From IMG/VR virus record IMGVR_UViG_3300048672_000282, positions 810 to 64,809 of that record: 64,000 nt of DNA; one strand, given 5' to 3'. The translations under genes and the position numbers were made by a program. The notes beneath the pieces were generated by a model that had not been told where the DNA came from, searched no databases, and worked only from the letters and a program-made list of their open reading frames with translations. The stretch comes from a virus (lineage: Duplodnaviria > Caudoviricetes). Of the stretch, positions 45,601 through 54,396 are shown piece by piece (positions within the stretch are counted from its first letter, which is position 1; the number at the start of each line of letters is the position of its first letter).

Positions 45601-48175
45601 CAGCTACACGACTACTGAAAGCATCAACGGTTGATTTATAAATATTTGCCTTTAATTCTTCCCCGGTAAGTTCTGATTTATAGCCGTCATATTCCAGGGA
45701 TTTTGCAGATATAAGAGCGGAAAACTTGCGTATGGACGCATCAAATAATTCAAGCTTGCTTCTATCTACCTCTATTTGAACCTTAACGCCTTCCAATTCA
45801 GATTTATATAAATCGAATTGACTTACTATCGCCTGTATTTTTGCCGTATAAAGTGCAACAGCTTGAGCGTTTAAATCACCTATGATTTTTTGGCCTTCCA
45901 GTGTCGCCTTGTATAATTCAACCTTGGCAAGTTCACCTTTGATACGCTCTGAATACACTTGAGCCATTGTTTGATATAACTGGACATTAGCATTGAAGTG
46001 AGATACTTTGGCCTGGAATATAGAAATTGCGGCTTGGATAGCTGCAATAGCACAATCCAATGAACGTTGCTGTACTGCGCTGTGATACTGAATTAATTGT
46101 GCCTCTAACTGAATAGCGTTTGTAAAGGCAAACTGATAATTTTGCTGTTCTAGTAATGCTTGAGTAGTAGCTATATTACGTGACTCGGTAATATCAGCCA
46201 TCGCCTTAGCTTCTTGCGCCTGATAAATTCTCTCGGCCTGATCGCCTGTAGGCATTGTCCAGCCACTACGTGCAAAACTACGCGTAATCTGCTTAATTAG
46301 CGCGTTTGCTGCTGCGCTTGTACGTTCCCTTGCTTTATCCCAATTCGCCTGTAAAACAGCGTCTATTGGCCCTGTGCTGCGATAATTTGCTACGAGCGAT
46401 AAAAGCTGCGCCTTTAATTCATTATTGAGCATTGACTCATAATCGCTTTCTGTCCACACCAGCTCACCCGTTGGCGCATTGCCTAAAGGTTCTGGCAATA
46501 TTCCCTCAAAGGTTACATCTATCAATGTCGGCGCGGATGGTAAGGTTAATGCTTCCATTGTTGGCGCATCGGGTAATACATAATCTGGAACTTCCGGGAA
46601 TAGAAATTCAGACTCCATTACTGGCTCTTCTGGTGCAGCTGTATTGAATGGCTGCGGCGCTGGTATCTGATTTAATACTGGTTCTTGCGCTGTCAATACG
46701 GGAACATCATCCAGCGTAACGGGATCAACACTTCCTATTACTGCATCTGCTGGCGCTGTTGGGAATAATGGTGTTGTGCTTTCTGGAACCGGAGCAACAG
46801 GGAAAAATGGAACAATGTCCGGATTTTGTGGCGCACTAATGAAATTCGCTGTGGCATCCTGTAAGTCCGGTGCTATTGGAAAATCCGGTGTTGCTGGGCT
46901 AATAGCTGGCGAAGCAGGGAACGCGCCTGTCGCATCAAGCAATTCAGGACTGGCAGGAAAATCGCTAACTGGCGCTACAATACTGATTGATTCTGGAAAA
47001 TCTGTAGTAATCTCGTTCAATGAAGGAGATACCGGAAAATCTGGAACAATGTCACCCATTGCAGGTGCAGCAACAAAAGCAGGTGTTGGCGCTGTTACTG
47101 TTGGTTTTTCGTCAAACTGAGGCACAACAACATCAATTGCTGGTGCTGTTGGAAAATTAGGTGTCGCATCATTTAATACTGGTTTTGCATCAAATGAAGC
47201 AGTTGTTGAGTCCAATGTTGGAACTGCACCAAAATTAGGGCTTGGCGCTGAAATAACAGGCGCATCTGGAAAATCAGGCGTTATATCATCAATAGATGGC
47301 GCAACACCAAAATTAGGGCTTGGCGCAACAATATCAGGAGCGGCAACAAAGTCACTAACTATTGTTTCAATGCTTGGTTTTGCTGGAAAATTAGGCGTTG
47401 CATCTGAAATAGTTGGTGTTTCTGCAAAAGCAGGAGTTGCTGGATCAAGAGTAGGTGCATTACCAAAATTTGGACTTGGCGCTGATATGCTTGGCTCTGT
47501 TGGAAAATCTACAGCTATGGCGTTAATTGTTGGCGCTGTATCAAAATTCGGCGTTGGAATTGAAAGTGTTGGTGGCGTTACAAAATTTGGAGTTGAAACT
47601 TCAACACCAGGACTTTCAGGAAAACTGCTATCCGTACTTAATAGGGATGGAGCACTTGCAAAAGAGGCAATCGCATCATCAAGCGTTGGTGCAGAACTAA
47701 AACTTGGCGTTGGCGGCGTTAAATCTGGTGCAGTTTCAAAATTTCCTACTGCCGCTGTTATTGTTGGAGATACAGGAAAACTTGCTTCTGGAATTGTTAT
47801 ATCAGGCTGTACAGGAAAATCGGGAACTGCCTCAATAATATTGGGCGCTATCCCTGGGAAATTTGGCGTTATCGACTCAAGTCCTGGCGCATCTGGGAAT
47901 GTTGCATCAAGAACTGGTTTTGTAATAGGCTCTGGCGACACATAAGGTGATACTGTAGCTGCTACAGTAAAATGTGTCATTTCTACTTCTGGCGGGAATC
48001 CTGTCCCCTCAATAGTATCCGCTAATGCCCGTATAGTTTCATTAGCCAAAACAATAGCTGACTCTTCCTTTTCCAAGGCATTTTGCATACCAGCCCAGAC
48101 AGTAACATTTGCCTGTTGGCGCTCTAAATCTATTTCTTGCTCTACGCGTTGAAAGCTACTAGCTGCTTCTGTCAT
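42692..48175 (-). CDS. 1827-aa repeat rod protein (probable tail or ejection-tube component)
   Basis: About 30 x 13-aa Pro-rich repeats, about 30 x 25-aa AExxRL helical repeats, S/T/N-rich C-terminus. Confidence 0.7.
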   Translation of the reverse strand: MTEAASSFQRVEQEIDLERQQANVTVWAGMQNALEKEESAIVLANETIRALADTIEGTGFPPEVEMTHFTVAATVSPYVSPEPITKPVLDATFPDAPGLESITPNFPGIAPNIIEAVPDFPVQPDITIPEASFPVSPTITAAVGNFETAPDLTPPTPSFSSAPTLDDAIASFASAPSLLSTDSSFPESPGVEVSTPNFVTPPTLSIPTPNFDTAPTINAIAVDFPTEPSISAPSPNFGNAPTLDPATPAFAETPTISDATPNFPAKPSIETIVSDFVAAPDIVAPSPNFGVAPSIDDITPDFPDAPVISAPSPNFGAVPTLDSTTASFDAKPVLNDATPNFPTAPAIDVVVPQFDEKPTVTAPTPAFVAAPAMGDIVPDFPVSPSLNEITTDFPESISIVAPVSDFPASPELLDATGAFPASPAISPATPDFPIAPDLQDATANFISAPQNPDIVPFFPVAPVPESTTPLFPTAPADAVIGSVDPVTLDDVPVLTAQEPVLNQIPAPQPFNTAAPEEPVMESEFLFPEVPDYVLPDAPTMEALTLPSAPTLIDVTFEGILPEPLGNAPTGELVWTESDYESMLNNELKAQLLSLVANYRSTGPIDAVLQANWDKARERTSAAANALIKQITRSFARSGWTMPTGDQAERIYQAQEAKAMADITESRNIATTQALLEQQNYQFAFTNAIQLEAQLIQYHSAVQQRSLDCAIAAIQAAISIFQAKVSHFNANVQLYQTMAQVYSERIKGELAKVELYKATLEGQKIIGDLNAQAVALYTAKIQAIVSQFDLYKSELEGVKVQIEVDRSKLELFDASIRKFSALISAKSLEYDGYKSELTGEELKANIYKSTVDAFSSRVAAYGAVTDAKVKKLDADVRVNVDVPLDILGKQVEVFKAQIQAESERLNALNQVNQTNAQIYQIGVQAETSRIEALNTTFKTNVDAFSSTNDSEYKRLLAISDSNKVNADIFKTQVDAEAQRLDAENNINKTISELYSVLVTAEKERLAAISETNKVKAQVFSTETDAEGRRIESINLSNKTEAEVYATGVQAESARVQVEADINRLLTELFRATVEAEARRIESLARVNDTEANLFQITTDAEAKRIQSYNDINRMEVDLYKTTNDAESSRLNALTEVNRANVDVYNASINGESSRLSALSNINKDNVSLYSASVDAEAKRLQAIIETNKSNVDLFATVTTAESQRLQSLNESNRTIVDLFKMAVESESQRIQALNSLNETNANVYKITTDAETQRISSLNEINAQEITLFKTETEAESTRLQALNEVNRTFTDMYRTDVEAEGSRLSALSNINKDNISLYSASIDAEAKRLASIGDVNRNNVELFRTSTDAETQRLQSLNESNRTIADLYKIAVDSEVARITALNDLNRTEATVYDITTTAETKRLSALNEISKLEVDTFSTETQAEATRLEAINNVNKTFSELYRIGVEAESARLRSISDVNAGLIDLYGKQITGESERLKAITDKNQGEVNLYRTSTDAEASRINALNESNRTIASLFQTMIQAEAERLKSVIATNDGNASVYRTEVEAESQRLQAINNSSKLLVDSFKTVVEAESERIRAITGNNEMLTRLFETETNAEAKRISATVDINNSNVDVYKSQIQAKSSELEALSRVYQTDAQAFGTLVDSEGTRINAEVQIQKNEIEALVKQAELDIEAAKANVANLITFKDLVTQGYKAMAQVQSQLVSAFASTTNFSAQVHSGSTVGLSGSASVGADDNISNTTSNVTSNNTSTSDVNSTSTNTNTSAITSTSNAISAITANNTNNNTTNSTSNITANNTNTNTSTSNISTSSVSSSTQYIHTYSD

Positions 48176-48247
48176 GTTCGTTTCCTCTTCGGGAAGTGCG
48201 CTTCACAGCGCGGTTAACGTCATCTCGACGTTACATATAAATTTTAA

Positions 48248-49927
48248 CTATCCATGTCTTCTTAACAATACATTTACTTCCAGTTCAATGTTATCTACAA
48301 TAGACGCTTGCCCTAATACATTCTGTAACTTATACTGCCAGTACCGGCCTTTGCTACCGAGAGCTAAATCCACTTTAACATTTTCCATTTTTTCAGTCGT
48401 CCTTATACCATAGCCTATAGAACTATTCTCTGTCTCTACAGTCAATAATAACCTACCACCCTCCTTTGCAATATAAGCATCCGTTACTCGCTTTTGGTAA
48501 GCTCCCTGTCCTTGCGTCTCCACATTAAAATCGAGCTTTCCTGTCTGAATAATCCCAGTAATAGTAACACCGTTATCATTACTGCCAAATAAAGTATAAA
48601 TACCATTAGTGTCAGCAATGTAGCCATTTGAGATAGAATTTCCTGATAATGTACCATTGGATATTGCTCCTGTTGATAGGTTCAAATGCCATGACGAGGG
48701 CGGCTCTTGGTAGTCTTCCGTATAACTTGCGCTCTGCAAAGGATTTATAGAAAAAACATCACCTATAAAATGTAGATATTTCAATCCATCCTGTTGCGTT
48801 ACCGTCATTGATCCTGATAAATAAAAAGGTATCGCCACATTTTCATACGTTAATTCTTGTAAACCTTCCGGTGTAGCCTTTATTATTCCTCTTTCTGACA
48901 TAAAATAAGCCGCAACACCATCGGGATCATAGCACTCAGAGCCTTTAACCGTTCCACAGTCCTGTTGCTCTTCATTTATTGCAGGTTCATCGCCACCAAT
49001 ATTTGTAATTTTGTAAATAGTTGTTATAGTTCCTACATAAAGCACATTAGGGCAACTTACTATTGTCTGTATATCACTGTCGAATGTCCAATAGTTACCA
49101 GCTCTTTGCAATGAGTAATTATGCTCTTCCGTCCAGTACACAAAATTATTTATTACATAATAGATTCTGCCATAATGCGCCAAACATAATCCTACTGGTA
49201 CAGGAGGAAAACAATGTTGCGTTATTAATGGAACTGCCGGTATTTCGTCATCATTAGCCAATCGCGCTATATCCAGTGTTGTCGTATTAGTCGGATATTC
49301 GCCGTACAAATAAAGTTCTTCTGAATTTACACTCGAAACATAAACACCAATATAGGTAACGTAAAAAGGCACTGGCGGGAAGTCAGTCAGCTGGATACCC
49401 CCGCTTTCATTCACGGTCACTCTGCTGCTTATGCCAGTGCCACTCTCATCCCCGCGGGAACCTATAAAAGTAATTGCTACCCGATATTCACCTGCAAACA
49501 TGCCACCAGTATCTATTGCTGTACAGGTTGGCTGGTATAACGGGCGCTCAACTCCCCATTCACTAACCTCTGTGTAGGGCGCGACAATGCGTCCTCTGGT
49601 TGTAGCATTTGAAAAGTAAACAGTATCGCCAACAAGAGTATAAGAAACGCTATCAGAGCCAACATTAACTGTGAGGGATGTGGCGGTATTGTCATCGTTT
49701 AGAACCTGTAATATTCCGTTATCGACAAATAATTTAACAAACGGACATGAAAAGAAAGAATGACAATTACCTGAGTAAACAGAGTCTTTGCCGTATCGTG
49801 GAAATATAATTTTGTTTTGATTATCAAATAAAACGTTGTGCGCATGGCGCAATTTATCAGGTGGCAGTGCTGTTTGTGCTGCCTTGTTATTCATACCTAT
49901 ATAATTTGTCAATTTAATTGCGCTCAT
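48248..49927 (-). CDS. Tail nozzle / tubular-B-like beta-propeller protein
   Basis: GMNN...LRHAHNV N-terminus; propeller-like repeats; C-terminal G..GRYWQYKLQN. Confidence 0.6.
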   Translation of the reverse strand: MSAIKLTNYIGMNNKAAQTALPPDKLRHAHNVLFDNQNKIIFPRYGKDSVYSGNCHSFFSCPFVKLFVDNGILQVLNDDNTATSLTVNVGSDSVSYTLVGDTVYFSNATTRGRIVAPYTEVSEWGVERPLYQPTCTAIDTGGMFAGEYRVAITFIGSRGDESGTGISSRVTVNESGGIQLTDFPPVPFYVTYIGVYVSSVNSEELYLYGEYPTNTTTLDIARLANDDEIPAVPLITQHCFPPVPVGLCLAHYGRIYYVINNFVYWTEEHNYSLQRAGNYWTFDSDIQTIVSCPNVLYVGTITTIYKITNIGGDEPAINEEQQDCGTVKGSECYDPDGVAAYFMSERGIIKATPEGLQELTYENVAIPFYLSGSMTVTQQDGLKYLHFIGDVFSINPLQSASYTEDYQEPPSSWHLNLSTGAISNGTLSGNSISNGYIADTNGIYTLFGSNDNGVTITGIIQTGKLDFNVETQGQGAYQKRVTDAYIAKEGGRLLLTVETENSSIGYGIRTTEKMENVKVDLALGSKGRYWQYKLQNVLGQASIVDNIELEVNVLLRRHG

Positions 49928-49968
49928 TTTTATCCAACTTTAATTAATGAAGCATGGTTTAATTAATT

Positions 49969-50082
49969 TTAATCCTCATCAAAATCACTATGTTTGCCAA
50001 CAGAACAGAACTTCCCAAAAAATATAGCCGCAGGAATAGAAACAATAACCCATATTAGCAAAAATAAAATAATTTCTCTCAT
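49969..50082 (-). CDS. 37-aa single-TM protein (not in ORF track)
   Basis: MREIILFLLIWVIVSIPAAIFFGKFC...; TGATG overlap. Confidence 0.45.
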   Translation of the reverse strand: MREIILFLLIWVIVSIPAAIFFGKFCSVGKHSDFDED

Positions 50083-50252
50083 CACATCACCCAAAAATCC
50101 GACTTATAAGTATCGCCGTTGTAAAAAACTTCTGGCTTCTTCTCATCTTTCGTCTGAAAATCCTCAGTTGGCGAATAATCGATAAAGTCAATAACCATGC
50201 TGTCTTTAACGCCAAAGTCTTCAACATATTTTTTAAATTCACCCCAAGTCAT
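50082..50252 (-). CDS. Hypothetical protein, 56 aa (not in ORF track)
   Basis: MTWGEFKKYVEDFGVKD...; abuts its neighbours. Confidence 0.5.
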   Translation of the reverse strand: MTWGEFKKYVEDFGVKDSMVIDFIDYSPTEDFQTKDEKKPEVFYNGDTYKSDFWVM

Positions 50253-50253
50253 T

Positions 50254-50775
50254 TTATCTCTCGGCTAGTTTAAATTGTAATGTGGCATCTATAGTTTCAT
50301 CATTATCTTTAGTAGCGTGAATATGTACTTCAAACACGCCTAATGTCCGTGCTACTGCATCATCTGGTATAGCATCAATAAACCACTGGCATGTAGTATC
50401 ATTAAATGTTGTATTAGATAATGTCACACCATTAGTCGCAGTAAAATCAACATTCGTTATGGTTTCATCAACAGGCAATAGATTATAAGCTACAGTTTCC
50501 CATGTTAGCCCTAAAGTTCCATCTATTGTTTCAGATCCAATCGTTGTCCCCCATATTGGCTCTGTAGCACCTGATTTACCTGGATTCTTGACTTTATAAT
50601 AAACGCCTGTGAATTCAGTAGCAATACAAATCCCATAATTATCATCATCAGGTTTTAAATAAACTGTATTTGCTTGCCATACAAACGGACTAAAAGTAAT
50701 TCCAAACAGTCTATCGGTATCTGGATCATGTAAACCGCATTTGAATGGGCCTTTTGAACCCGCTGGATATAACAT
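50254..50775 (-). CDS. Structural protein, possibly a fibre adaptor
   Basis: WQANTVY...GKSGATEP.W..DG..TWET carbohydrate-binding-like motif; follows the fibre gene. Confidence 0.55.
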   Translation of the reverse strand: MLYPAGSKGPFKCGLHDPDTDRLFGITFSPFVWQANTVYLKPDDDNYGICIATEFTGVYYKVKNPGKSGATEPIWGTTIGSETIDGTLGLTWETVAYNLLPVDETITNVDFTATNGVTLSNTTFNDTTCQWFIDAIPDDAVARTLGVFEVHIHATKDNDETIDATLQFKLAER

Positions 50776-53700
50776 CAGTTTATAACCTCATTTGGTAAAT
50801 TTTCTGTAATAAGTTTATCAGGTATAGACTCAAATATTAAATTATTTTTTAGTGACTCAAAAATCAAATTATCCTGTTTAAATTCAACCAATAAATTACT
50901 GGATTTAAACTCAACAATAACTGTTTTTGGTACGTCTTCGAATACCAGCCATTCAACAGCATTTTGATATAATCCTTGTTTTAAAATGTAATTAACATGC
51001 CCTACATAGGTAATTATTCCATATCCAGGTTGCCTGTTATATTCAACAAACAAATTTAATTCTTTGCCTGTGTAAAATTCATTTCCAGAAAATAAATCAA
51101 CATAGTGCATCTTTCCATAATTAAACTCAATTTCATTACCTGAATACCTAATAACGCCTTCTTCCGGCTGCGTTGTCTTGTCAAGTGTCCATTGTCCTAC
51201 AGGTTCTCTGCCTCGATAAACCATACGCCCATAGCCAATATCTATGTAGAATTGCCATGTTAGTTCAGATAGTTGTCCGGCATATTCAACGACACCACTG
51301 GTAATGTCTATCCATACATGTTCAGTATAAGAAAATTCAGGAATCTCCCCAGCATAAACGATAGAGCCATTGCCTAAACTTATGCCTAAATCATTGCTTG
51401 GTGCATAACCACTATAAATGACTTGTCCTGCTTCAATTGCTATAGCTAAATCCTGAAATGGCGCATTTCCTGTATAAATTATAGAACCATTGCCAATCGA
51501 TACGGACAAATCTAATACTGGTTGTTGCCCGGTATAAACTATCGAACCTGCATCGATGGCTATGATGCTTTGATAGGTTAGTGTAGTTTGTTTTCCTGAG
51601 TATATTTCTTGTCCGTAAACAGGTTGTGTCCACTGGTTATATGTCTGGTTCTCACTATTTTGCTGTCCTGCATAGTGTTCTTCACCATAACCAGGTTGAG
51701 TAAATCTGTTGTCACTGATATTTTCTACTGGTTGCTGTCCAGAATAAACCTCATTGCCATTGCCGGTTAACGTCCAGTGGTTATCTATGAAAATTTCTGT
51801 GTTCTGTTGTCCTGAATAAACAATCGAGCCATATCCAGGTTGCGTCCTATCGCCAAGCTCATCAATACTAAGCGTTGAATTATGCCCGGTATAAAGCATA
51901 TTGCCATATAACGGCTCAACACCTGCACTGGACTCTGCATAAAATGGTGCGCCTAAGAATCCATAATTAAGTGTTTCTGTGTGTAGTGGCTTAGAATCTA
52001 CATTGCAAAATGGTTGGCCTAAATACGGATGATTAAGCGTAAACAGCTTATATTTACCATATAAAAATAACTCAGTTCCTAAGTTTGGAGCACGTCCAGT
52101 ATATATCAAACTGCCGGATGATGGCGTTACCGTTTGATGCTGTGCTTGTTCTTCTGTTGGTTGTTTTCCGGTATAGACAATGCTCCCTGCTTCAAGCAAT
52201 GCGCTGAATGTTTGTATCAGTTGTGATTGCTGTCCGGTATAAGCTTCAATTCCGTTTGTTGGTATTGTCCATTGATTGTCTTCCTGTAGTTCAATAGGCT
52301 GTTGTCCGTTATAATTTTCAATACCATTAGCAGGTAATGTCCATAAAAACTCTGTTTGAACTTCTACAGGCGAATTTCCGGTATAAACTTCTATACCATT
52401 ACCTGTTAATGTCCATTCATTATATGTCTGTTCTTCTGTCGCTTGCTGCCCGTTATAGATACAATTTCCCTGTGCAGGATTAGTAAATAGATAATCTGTT
52501 GTGACTTCTACTGGCTGTTGTCCACCATATAACACAGCGCCTTGTTGAATCGTTATCCATTGGTTTTCTGTTTGCGCTTCGGTTAATAGTTGTCCTGTGT
52601 AAGAGACAATTCCATTAATCGGCAATACGCTGAATGTTTGAATTTCTGTATTTTGGTTTCCACTATATATCTCAATACCGTTTGCAGTAAATGTCCACGT
52701 ATTCAGCGTTGTCAGTGCAGTTAAATCGTTTCCTGTATAACTTACAATACCGGAATCAGGCAATGTCCATTGATTAATAACTAATATTGATGTTAATTCT
52801 TGTCCTGTATAGGTCTCGACACCATTGTTTGTCAATGTCCATTGGTTATCTGTTTGTACCTCAACAGGCTGCTGTCCGTTATAACTTTCAATGCCATTAT
52901 TTGTTAATGTCCAAACATTTGCGGTTTGTACCTCTGTCGCTTGCTGTCCTGTATATGTTTCTATGCCATTTCCAGATAATGTCCACATATTATCTGTCTG
53001 AACTTCTGTATTTTGTTGGCCTGTATATGCCTCTGTTCCGTTACCTGGACTTGTCCATGCGTGATCGCTTACCAATGCCGTTGGTTGCTGTCCTGTACAA
53101 ATTAATTCTCCGTTAGCTGGTAATGTCGTAAAACCAAACGCTTCTATACTTAACGTTGGCTCATGTCCAGTATAGACAATATTGCCTTGTGTTGGCGCTA
53201 CACCTGCGCTGGACTCGCCATAAAACGGCAACCCAATATACGCATAATCGAGCGTTTCTGTATGAAGTGGCGTTGAATCGATAGTACAGAAAGGATTGCC
53301 AAGATAAGGATAATCCAGAGTTACAAGCTTATGCTTTCCGTATAGCCATAGTCTTTCATCTAAAGTAGATTCATGGCCTGTATAAACAATTACACCATTT
53401 GTAGGCGTTGTCCATTGGTTATCAGTTTGTACTTCGGTATTTTGTTGTCCGGTATAAAGCTCATTACCTTGTCCTGGCAGTGTTGCAACACTTTCAAACA
53501 ATGTGCTTTGTTGCCCGGTATATACTTCGCTTCCTTGCCCTGGCAATACATCGTCATCATGTACTGCAAATAACGTTTGCCCTGTTAAAACTTGTGAGCC
53601 TTGTGCTGGACTGGTAAAGTTATTATAAGTTTGCGCCTCTGTTGGCGTTTGTCCGGTTAAGACTTGTGAACCTTGCCCCGGCAAAGGAGTAATACTGTCA

Positions 53701-54392
53701 ACTTCTTCCAATGCAAAGAATACACTTGCGGTATCCGCTGCCACAATAGTTGGATCAGAAGTGTCACTGGTTCCAGTCAATACGCGATATTCACCAGCAA
53801 CAACGATGTTTGTATCTGTATTTCCTGTTGTTGTCGATACAAGGCTGGTTATTGACGTATGGCTTGCTGTCGCCGTGAATGTGGTTGTTTCTGACTCAGA
53901 CGCAATGCCACGAACAAACATGTACTCTTTTGAAGGCAATCCAGAAACAGTCATGCTGCCTGGATCAGCCGCATCATTGGCTAAGGTTTGAACGGTTCCT
54001 GCGACAACAACATTTTTACCGGCTGTCTTAGTGAAATAACGCGCTCTAGCTGCCAAGTCAGTAACGTTAGCAGACAAATTTATGGTAATTGAAGAAGGAT
54101 TTGTGAAAGCTACAGTAGTAACACTGCGCCAAACCGATACGGTAGCCCCACCAGCCGCCGCGCCTTGTCCATTGGTGAACTCAGCGCATTTTGTATAATT
54201 GTTGCCCTTGCTATCGGTTACTGAGGTAACTTCGCTAAAGTCTCCGTCCGTGGTGTTGGTATTGTCTTTTGCTATCCAGACAAGAATAAGCGTTCCTGCC
54301 GCTGGTGTGGCAGTAGTATTGATATTGACAGTGTTGGCACTTGCCGTTATTACCGCTGTGCCAAGTGCTGTCCCTGATGTGCCGAAGGCCAT
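50775..54392 (-). CDS. Long repetitive fibre-like virion protein
   Basis: Many 21-27-aa G..xYTGQQPT repeats and two copies of a 50-aa insert. Confidence 0.65.
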   Translation of the reverse strand: MAFGTSGTALGTAVITASANTVNINTTATPAAGTLILVWIAKDNTNTTDGDFSEVTSVTDSKGNNYTKCAEFTNGQGAAAGGATVSVWRSVTTVAFTNPSSITINLSANVTDLAARARYFTKTAGKNVVVAGTVQTLANDAADPGSMTVSGLPSKEYMFVRGIASESETTTFTATASHTSITSLVSTTTGNTDTNIVVAGEYRVLTGTSDTSDPTIVAADTASVFFALEEVDSITPLPGQGSQVLTGQTPTEAQTYNNFTSPAQGSQVLTGQTLFAVHDDDVLPGQGSEVYTGQQSTLFESVATLPGQGNELYTGQQNTEVQTDNQWTTPTNGVIVYTGHESTLDERLWLYGKHKLVTLDYPYLGNPFCTIDSTPLHTETLDYAYIGLPFYGESSAGVAPTQGNIVYTGHEPTLSIEAFGFTTLPANGELICTGQQPTALVSDHAWTSPGNGTEAYTGQQNTEVQTDNMWTLSGNGIETYTGQQATEVQTANVWTLTNNGIESYNGQQPVEVQTDNQWTLTNNGVETYTGQELTSILVINQWTLPDSGIVSYTGNDLTALTTLNTWTFTANGIEIYSGNQNTEIQTFSVLPINGIVSYTGQLLTEAQTENQWITIQQGAVLYGGQQPVEVTTDYLFTNPAQGNCIYNGQQATEEQTYNEWTLTGNGIEVYTGNSPVEVQTEFLWTLPANGIENYNGQQPIELQEDNQWTIPTNGIEAYTGQQSQLIQTFSALLEAGSIVYTGKQPTEEQAQHQTVTPSSGSLIYTGRAPNLGTELFLYGKYKLFTLNHPYLGQPFCNVDSKPLHTETLNYGFLGAPFYAESSAGVEPLYGNMLYTGHNSTLSIDELGDRTQPGYGSIVYSGQQNTEIFIDNHWTLTGNGNEVYSGQQPVENISDNRFTQPGYGEEHYAGQQNSENQTYNQWTQPVYGQEIYSGKQTTLTYQSIIAIDAGSIVYTGQQPVLDLSVSIGNGSIIYTGNAPFQDLAIAIEAGQVIYSGYAPSNDLGISLGNGSIVYAGEIPEFSYTEHVWIDITSGVVEYAGQLSELTWQFYIDIGYGRMVYRGREPVGQWTLDKTTQPEEGVIRYSGNEIEFNYGKMHYVDLFSGNEFYTGKELNLFVEYNRQPGYGIITYVGHVNYILKQGLYQNAVEWLVFEDVPKTVIVEFKSSNLLVEFKQDNLIFESLKNNLIFESIPDKLITENLPNEVIN

Positions 54393-54396
54393 GACA

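Noticed and set aside
42711-47945. Long plus-strand ORFs opposite the rod protein, and similar ones elsewhere
   Set aside because: Shadow frames of repetitive, codon-biased minus-strand genes with no recognisable motifs
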